This document shows, piece by piece, positions 61,084-64,000 of a stretch of 64,000 bases of DNA. This DNA is from Candidatus Pelagibacter sp. TMED166 (lineage in GTDB: Bacteria > Pseudomonadota > Alphaproteobacteria > Pelagibacterales > Pelagibacteraceae), in NCBI GenBank assembly GCA_002171015.1, contig NHHP01000001.1, positions 4,641 through 68,640 of the forward strand, written 5' to 3'. Both the position numbers and the translations under genes were made by a program. The notes under the pieces were generated by a model. That model searched no databases, had not been told where the DNA came from, and saw nothing but the letters and a program-made list of their open reading frames with translations. Position 1 is the first letter of the stretch. Each line of letters begins with the position of its first letter.

Positions 61084-61914
61084 ATGGCTAATATATTTAG
61101 AGAGGCTTTTGTACCGAAACAAGGTACAGGTGTAACGATAAATCAAGACAATCAATTACTCAGAGCAGAGGAACGTGAATTAGTAAATATATCAATCGGT
61201 AATGATGTGGGTGTAACAGCTCAACCATTGTTTTTATCGGTAACATCAACGAGTCAAGAATTTCAAATAAATCAATTTATAATTACACCGAATGCGATGA
61301 CCGGTTCAATAAACTTACTAGGTGATTTAACACTCAGTACAACGTTGGCAGTCGGTAACGATATGAGGGTCTTAGGAGCAACGACCGCTTCAAAAATAGA
61401 ATCACAACAGACCCAATCATTTACGATATTCGATAGTGGTTCGAGTCTATTCGGAGACTCTGTAGATGACACTCATAAAATCTCAGGTAGTTTATTATCT
61501 TCTGGTTCCATCGTTCTGAATAATGGAACGATTCAAAATATTTCAAATGATACCGCTTTATCCGATAACAGCACACAAGATATCGTGACAGAAAGAGCTG
61601 GTAAGACTTATATAGACAATATAGGATATGAGGGTTTTCAGACCTATCAGAGAAAGTGTTTTCCACATACCGGTAGTTTCGTTAGTTCAACGACATCTAG
61701 TTTTAATGCGGTAACGGCATCAGCTCCATCTGGTTTTACATCTACGACAAAAAATGATTTCATGTTTTTTATCAACGGTGTAATCGTAGAAAACGACGGT
61801 GTAGATATACAACAAGTCGGTTCGTCTCTGTTGTTAAAGATAGATACATCAAATGTTGGTTATGTTTTGTCTACTGACGATGAAGTTGTAGGTTGGGGAA
61901 AATTTAATTCGTAA
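61084..61914 (+). CDS. fibre-like protein (paralogue of C-terminal part of 59383 ORF)
   Basis: 276 aa. ...SGSIVLNNGTIQNISNDTALSDNST...FNAVTASAPSGFTSTTKNDFMFFINGV...GWGKFNS. Confidence 0.65.
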   Translation: MANIFREAFVPKQGTGVTINQDNQLLRAEERELVNISIGNDVGVTAQPLFLSVTSTSQEFQINQFIITPNAMTGSINLLGDLTLSTTLAVGNDMRVLGATTASKIESQQTQSFTIFDSGSSLFGDSVDDTHKISGSLLSSGSIVLNNGTIQNISNDTALSDNSTQDIVTERAGKTYIDNIGYEGFQTYQRKCFPHTGSFVSSTTSSFNAVTASAPSGFTSTTKNDFMFFINGVIVENDGVDIQQVGSSLLLKIDTSNVGYVLSTDDEVVGWGKFNS

Positions 61915-61952
61915 TACCACTTTTCTTTTACTACTTTGTTATATTTATAGAT

Positions 61953-62276
61953 ATGAGGAAAAGACATTGGAAAGATAGAAAAAATAGAAAGTGTCCATCT
62001 TGTACGAGAATCTTAACCTACACTAGAAAAGATTCTTTCGATAGAGCAGTTGGTAACAATAGTGTCTGTAAATCATGTGCACAGATGGATAGAAAATTGA
62101 CAATGGAAACGATTGAAAAAATGCAACAACCGAAATCAGTTGAACATAAACAAAAAATTTCTATCGGACAGTTCAAAAGGTCGTATGATAGATATTTATT
62201 AGAAGTAACGAAACCAAACCTGTCGTTTGATGAGTTTGTGGAGGCGAGAAAAAAAGGATATAAATGGCAATACTAA
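61953..62276 (+). CDS. zinc-ribbon + NUMOD3-like DNA-binding protein (possible homing-endonuclease remnant)
   Basis: 107 aa with CPSC...(19 aa)...CKSC, then PKSVEHKQKISIGQFKRS, which resembles the NUMOD3 motif (HSEETK.KIS...KG) of GIY-YIG/HNH homing endonucleases. No nuclease motif is present. Confidence 0.4.
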   Translation: MRKRHWKDRKNRKCPSCTRILTYTRKDSFDRAVGNNSVCKSCAQMDRKLTMETIEKMQQPKSVEHKQKISIGQFKRSYDRYLLEVTKPNLSFDEFVEARKKGYKWQY

Positions 62277-62773
62277 AGAGTAAACAATTATCCACAAGAT
62301 TATCTGGTTCTTATGTAATATCGGGTTCGACGCAAAACCTAATAGGACAAACCACGATAGAGGGTCAGACCACAATAAGTGGTTCGGCAATCCTAAAAGG
62401 GCCGTCGGTTGATTTAAATATACGACAAAATGATAATACAAATTTAGTTAGATTATTGACCACAACTGGTGGAACGTCGGCTTTACAACTTTACGATAAT
62501 GATAATCATGGTTCGGTATTAAAAACAGTAGAGATAAATACAAGTGACCAGAATGCCTTGATTATCAGTTCTGGTAGTGCGACAATATTAAATCTCGATA
62601 GGGATAATAAAAAATTATTTGTTGATGGAAACATTAGTGGTAGTTCTAGTTTCACTGGTTCTTTCGGTAGTGTTGAGACCTCTGGTGATATAAATTCTAG
62701 TGGTAGAATTTTTGAACAAGGTACATCAGTAATAGACCACGCTACGGCGATGGCAATAGTATTTGGAGGATAA
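62264..62773 (+). CDS. fibre-associated protein
   Basis: 169-aa Ser/Gly/Thr-rich ORF. It shares the S.(S/F)TGSFG motif with the final ORF. Confidence 0.55.
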   Translation: MAILKSKQLSTRLSGSYVISGSTQNLIGQTTIEGQTTISGSAILKGPSVDLNIRQNDNTNLVRLLTTTGGTSALQLYDNDNHGSVLKTVEINTSDQNALIISSGSATILNLDRDNKKLFVDGNISGSSSFTGSFGSVETSGDINSSGRIFEQGTSVIDHATAMAIVFGG

Positions 62774-62775
62774 TA

Positions 62776-63102
62776 ATGGCTAATACATTTACAAGTGCGG
62801 CAACAGGTTCGACAACAGCGGTAACAACATTGTACACATGTCCAGCTGCTACATCAGCAGTTATTCATGCGATGTATCTCAGTAATGTTGACGGTACGAA
62901 CGATGCAACAGTCAACGTATCGATTAGCGGTAGTGCTAATTTCGACACTAGAAGATTTATATTGAAAACAGTCGATGTTCCAGCCGATACCACGGTGGTG
63001 ATTGAGAAACCAATCAACCTCGGTGTATCCGATAAATTGGAAACACAGGCTTCACAAACCTCATCAATTGATGTATTCGCAAGTATATTGGAAATAACAT
63101 AG
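62776..63102 (+). CDS. hypothetical beta-rich protein
   Basis: 108-aa ORF, tightly spaced between fibre genes. Confidence 0.55.
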   Translation: MANTFTSAATGSTTAVTTLYTCPAATSAVIHAMYLSNVDGTNDATVNVSISGSANFDTRRFILKTVDVPADTTVVIEKPINLGVSDKLETQASQTSSIDVFASILEIT

Positions 63103-63103
63103 T

Positions 63104-64000
63104 ATGAGCAATCCCAAATACATAGGTAAAAACATACTCGACCATGAACTTTTGGTTCGTAATGGTAATATAATTGGTGACCATACCGAGATTATAAGGG
63201 TTGTCGTCCAAAGCACAGCTCAAGGAAATAAATATGTGTTTTTAGGTGGAATTGCACCTGACCTTACTTTGAGTGAGGGTAAAACCTATAGGTTCGACCA
63301 ATCAGATAGCACGAATACCAACCATCCGTTTAGGTTTAGTACGACTTATAACGGAACTTGGGGTGGTGGTTCGGCCTACACAACAAATGTTACGGTTCAC
63401 GGAGTACCAGGTGTTAAAGGTGCGTATACGGAAATAAAGGTTACCAAGGTCACTCCAAACTTTCTTTATTATTATTGCACCCAACATTCAAATATGGGTA
63501 TATATAACGATAAGGCTGGAAAGTTTCTTAAAAATGATTTGAATAATCTACATAGGGTAAGTGGTTCATCAACCTCAACTGGTTCGTTTGGTGATGGTAG
63601 ATTTGCAGGAAATGTCGGTATCGGAAATGTAAATCCACCAGAAAAGCTAACCGTAACTGGTGACATAAGTGCAAGTGGTGATTTTCATTTAGATGGTCAA
63701 GCTGGTTTTGGTGTGGCACCAAATACTGATTATGCTGCTGTTTTCCAACAACCTACTGGTACAAATAAAGATTACATACAAGGTGTTCAAGATAATGGTA
63801 GTAATACTGCTTTTAGGATTGATACCGATAGTGGTGATAATGTATCCCTAAGATTATACAACGGAAGTGGTGTTCAAAAAATTCATTTAAATGCTGGTGG
63901 AACTTCAACATTTGAAGGAAGTGTAAGTGGTTCATCAACCTCAACTGGTTCGTTTGGTAGAGGGTTTATTGTAGATTCGTTAAATCTTAATAATAATGCA
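63104..64000 (+). CDS. fibre-like protein with N-terminal cupredoxin-like domain (3' end outside window; not in ORF track)
   Basis: ATG at 63104, one nt after the upstream stop, open for 299 codons to the window edge. GKTYRFDQSDSTNTNHPFRFST...FLYYYCTQHSNMGIYN gives His74, Cys125, His128, Met131. Downstream it is a Gly/Ser-rich fibre. Confidence 0.75.
   Translation, partial: MSNPKYIGKNILDHELLVRNGNIIGDHTEIIRVVVQSTAQGNKYVFLGGIAPDLTLSEGKTYRFDQSDSTNTNHPFRFSTTYNGTWGGGSAYTTNVTVHGVPGVKGAYTEIKVTKVTPNFLYYYCTQHSNMGIYNDKAGKFLKNDLNNLHRVSGSSTSTGSFGDGRFAGNVGIGNVNPPEKLTVTGDISASGDFHLDGQAGFGVAPNTDYAAVFQQPTGTNKDYIQGVQDNGSNTAFRIDTDSGDNVSLRLYNGSGVQKIHLNAGGTSTFEGSVSGSSTSTGSFGRGFIVDSLNLNNNA
63191..63508 (+). other. 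cupredoxin-like domain 3 (aa 30-135 of truncated ORF)
   Basis: Same H...C-x2-H-x2-M-G pattern and TYRF/HPFRF blocks as the two inserts in the 4084-aa protein. Confidence 0.6.

Noticed and set aside
1-64000. Searched spacers by eye for tRNA/tmRNA genes, integrase/recombinase genes, transposase or IS ends, and toxin-antitoxin pairs.
   Set aside because: No cloverleaf-compatible sequence exists in any spacer; the longest are 80-130 nt and AT-rich. No recombinase motifs were seen, and there are no inverted terminal repeats flanking any gene.

Overview
This window reads as one contiguous piece of an AT-rich (by eye about one-third G+C) tailed dsDNA bacteriophage genome. Nothing looks like host chromosome. 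Coding density is very high. Every supported gene but one is on the + strand, and many neighbours are translationally coupled (TAATG / ATGA overlaps). Layout: (i) 37-15165, baseplate/tail-fibre block (putative spike, gp25/GpW-like wedge, gp6/GpJ-like protein, 1492-aa LamG-like protein, two paralogous fibre-like proteins). (ii) 15186-18638, six-gene operon of predicted envelope proteins (OM beta-barrel, MshEN-like, CxxC-less exported thioredoxin fold, TM proteins, 3TM + cNMP-binding-like). (iii) 18677-23759, array of small ORFs whose products share a MIKLKDLLKE-type N-terminal leader. (iv) 23839-28441, DNA metabolism (PD-(D/E)XK nuclease, DnaG-type primase, fused SbcD/Mre11-SbcC/Rad50), followed by the only minus-strand gene, a 51-aa ribbon-helix-helix-like ORF missing from the ORF track. 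(v) 28687-45451, a 4084-aa highly repetitive fibre protein with two cupredoxin-like (type-1 copper site) inserts, then a GH108 lysin and a 1341-aa P-loop kinase / HxGH nucleotidyltransferase / KxDG ligase-like fusion. (vi) 46360-57615, T4-type head module (TerL, portal, gp21-family prohead protease, acidic scaffold, gp23-like major capsid protein, strong terminator) with an embedded ribosomal protein bS21 homologue. (vii) 57730-64000, further virion/fibre genes; the last is truncated by the window edge and carries a third cupredoxin-like domain. No tRNA, rRNA, CRISPR array, integrase or transposase was recognised. All family assignments come from motif recognition by eye, not database searches. 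The T4-like head genes, bS21 and AT-richness are compatible with an aquatic T4-related phage of an AT-rich host, but that is speculation.
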